Assembly (NCBI GenBank): GCA_018238375.1
Contig: JABCTJ010000038.1
Coordinates: 1-46,529 of the forward strand
Source: Candidatus Thorarchaeota archaeon
GTDB lineage: Archaea > Asgardarchaeota > Thorarchaeia > Thorarchaeales > Thorarchaeaceae
Direction: 5' to 3'
Length of the DNA: 46,529 nt
The notes under the pieces were generated by a model that worked only from the letters and a program-made list of their open reading frames with translations, was not told the origin of the DNA and ran no database searches. Made by a program: the position numbers and the translations under genes. Position 1 is the first letter of the stretch. Each line of letters begins with the position of its first letter. Below, in pieces: positions 45,613 to 46,529 of this stretch.

Positions 45613-46529
45613 ATGATGTTCTGTCCAAATCACGATACGAAACCAGTATCACGCTCAATCGGATACTGTGCTGAGTGCCTAGAGGCTGACAGTTCACTAA
45701 TGACAATAGCCCAAGAGTCACACAAGACAATCAGGAGAAACGACAAGCTTGTCCAAGCAATCCCTACCACAGGGAACGTCGTCTGCCCTGATTGTGGAAA
45801 CCACTGCAGAATCGAGGAGGGCAAGCTGGGCTTCTGTCATCTCCGGGGAGCAAAGAATGGAGAAGTTGTGGAGCGGTTTCCAGGACATGCCATTGTTTCG
45901 TGGTACTTCGATTCGCTTCCAACCAATTGTGTTGCCGATTGGGTTTGTCCAGTGACACAGAACTCGTCAATTGTGGATTCGAAGCGGCTCAACAACCTTG
46001 CGGTATTCTACGGGTCCTGCAACTCTGACTGCCTGTTCTGCCAAAACGCAAGCTTCCGACAGATGATGGTGAAGGGCAGACCGTTGATGACACCTCAAAA
46101 GCTTGCCTCCTCTGCAGATGAGAGAACAGCATGTGTTTGCTACTTTGGAGGAGACCCAGCTTGTAATCCCTCTCACTCTGTAGAAACCTCAAGAATACTC
46201 AACGAAGAGAGAAGAATTCGGGTGTGTTATGAAACAAATGGCAACATCTCAAGCAAATGGCTGGGACAAATAGCAGAGGTTGTTAGAGAGAGCAAAGGCA
46301 CAATCAAGTTTGACCTGAAGGCTGTCACACCTGAGCTGTATACTGCACTTACGGGTGTTTCGAACAAGGTTGTCTTGAAGAACTTCAAGAGATTGGCTGC
46401 TGAAGGGAAGGAACGCGAAGGAGAGTTCCTCGTTGCAAGCATCCTACTTATCCCGGGATATGTCGGGGTTTCTGAAGTGCGTAAGTTGTGCGAATTCATA
46501 GCGGACAGTGACCCAACGATTCCCACTGC
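45613..46529 (+). CDS. Radical SAM protein, PFL-activase-like, with a Cys-rich N-terminus; runs off the window end and is missing from the ORF track
   Basis: Open frame MMFCPNHDTKPVSRSIGYCAECLE...CPDCGNHCRIEEGKLGFC...PTNCVADWVCP...NLAVFYGSCNSDCLFCQN...CVCYFGGDP...CYETNG...IKFDLKA...LLIPGYV. Confidence 0.9.
   Translation, partial: MMFCPNHDTKPVSRSIGYCAECLEADSSLMTIAQESHKTIRRNDKLVQAIPTTGNVVCPDCGNHCRIEEGKLGFCHLRGAKNGEVVERFPGHAIVSWYFDSLPTNCVADWVCPVTQNSSIVDSKRLNNLAVFYGSCNSDCLFCQNASFRQMMVKGRPLMTPQKLASSADERTACVCYFGGDPACNPSHSVETSRILNEERRIRVCYETNGNISSKWLGQIAEVVRESKGTIKFDLKAVTPELYTALTGVSNKVVLKNFKRLAAEGKEREGEFLVASILLIPGYVGVSEVRKLCEFIADSDPTIPT

Noticed and set aside
1-46529. CRISPR arrays, tRNA/rRNA genes, transposases and integrases
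   Set aside because: No regularly spaced repeats, cloverleafs or mobile-element ORFs seen by eye; intergenic gaps are short

Overview
An archaeal chromosome segment, by inference Asgard-like and possibly Thorarchaeia; the evidence is the exosome/proteasome superoperon, GGTGA/GGAGG RBSs, many TTG/GTG starts and Hdr-rich metabolism. From left to right it holds a partial feoB, hutH-hutU, an orphan TPR protein, an ECF A-A'-T module, and the superoperon psmA-sbdS-rrp4-rrp41-rrp42-rpl37ae-Brix-pcc1-pfdB-DUF3194-DHH (no rpoP). Next come a NikR-linked Zn/Mn-type metal ABC transporter, an AEC permease, a Thermococcales-like group 3b NiFe hydrogenase (hydBGDA) and a GC-rich IPCT/DIPPS-like fusion. The right half has a tandem-duplicated HdrA plus DUF2096, a tight aconitase-aclB-aclA-icd operon, a radical SAM gene, an hdrC-hdrB / hdrA::mvhD-hdrC-hdrB cluster with an unannotated 53-aa Cys ORF inside it, and a partial PFL-activase-like radical SAM gene missed by the ORF track. 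No tRNA, rRNA, CRISPR array or transposase was seen. The most notable item is the stand-alone citrate-cleavage module (Acn-ACL-IDH) set between Hdr and hydrogenase redox genes. All family calls come from motif recognition by eye; no searches were run.
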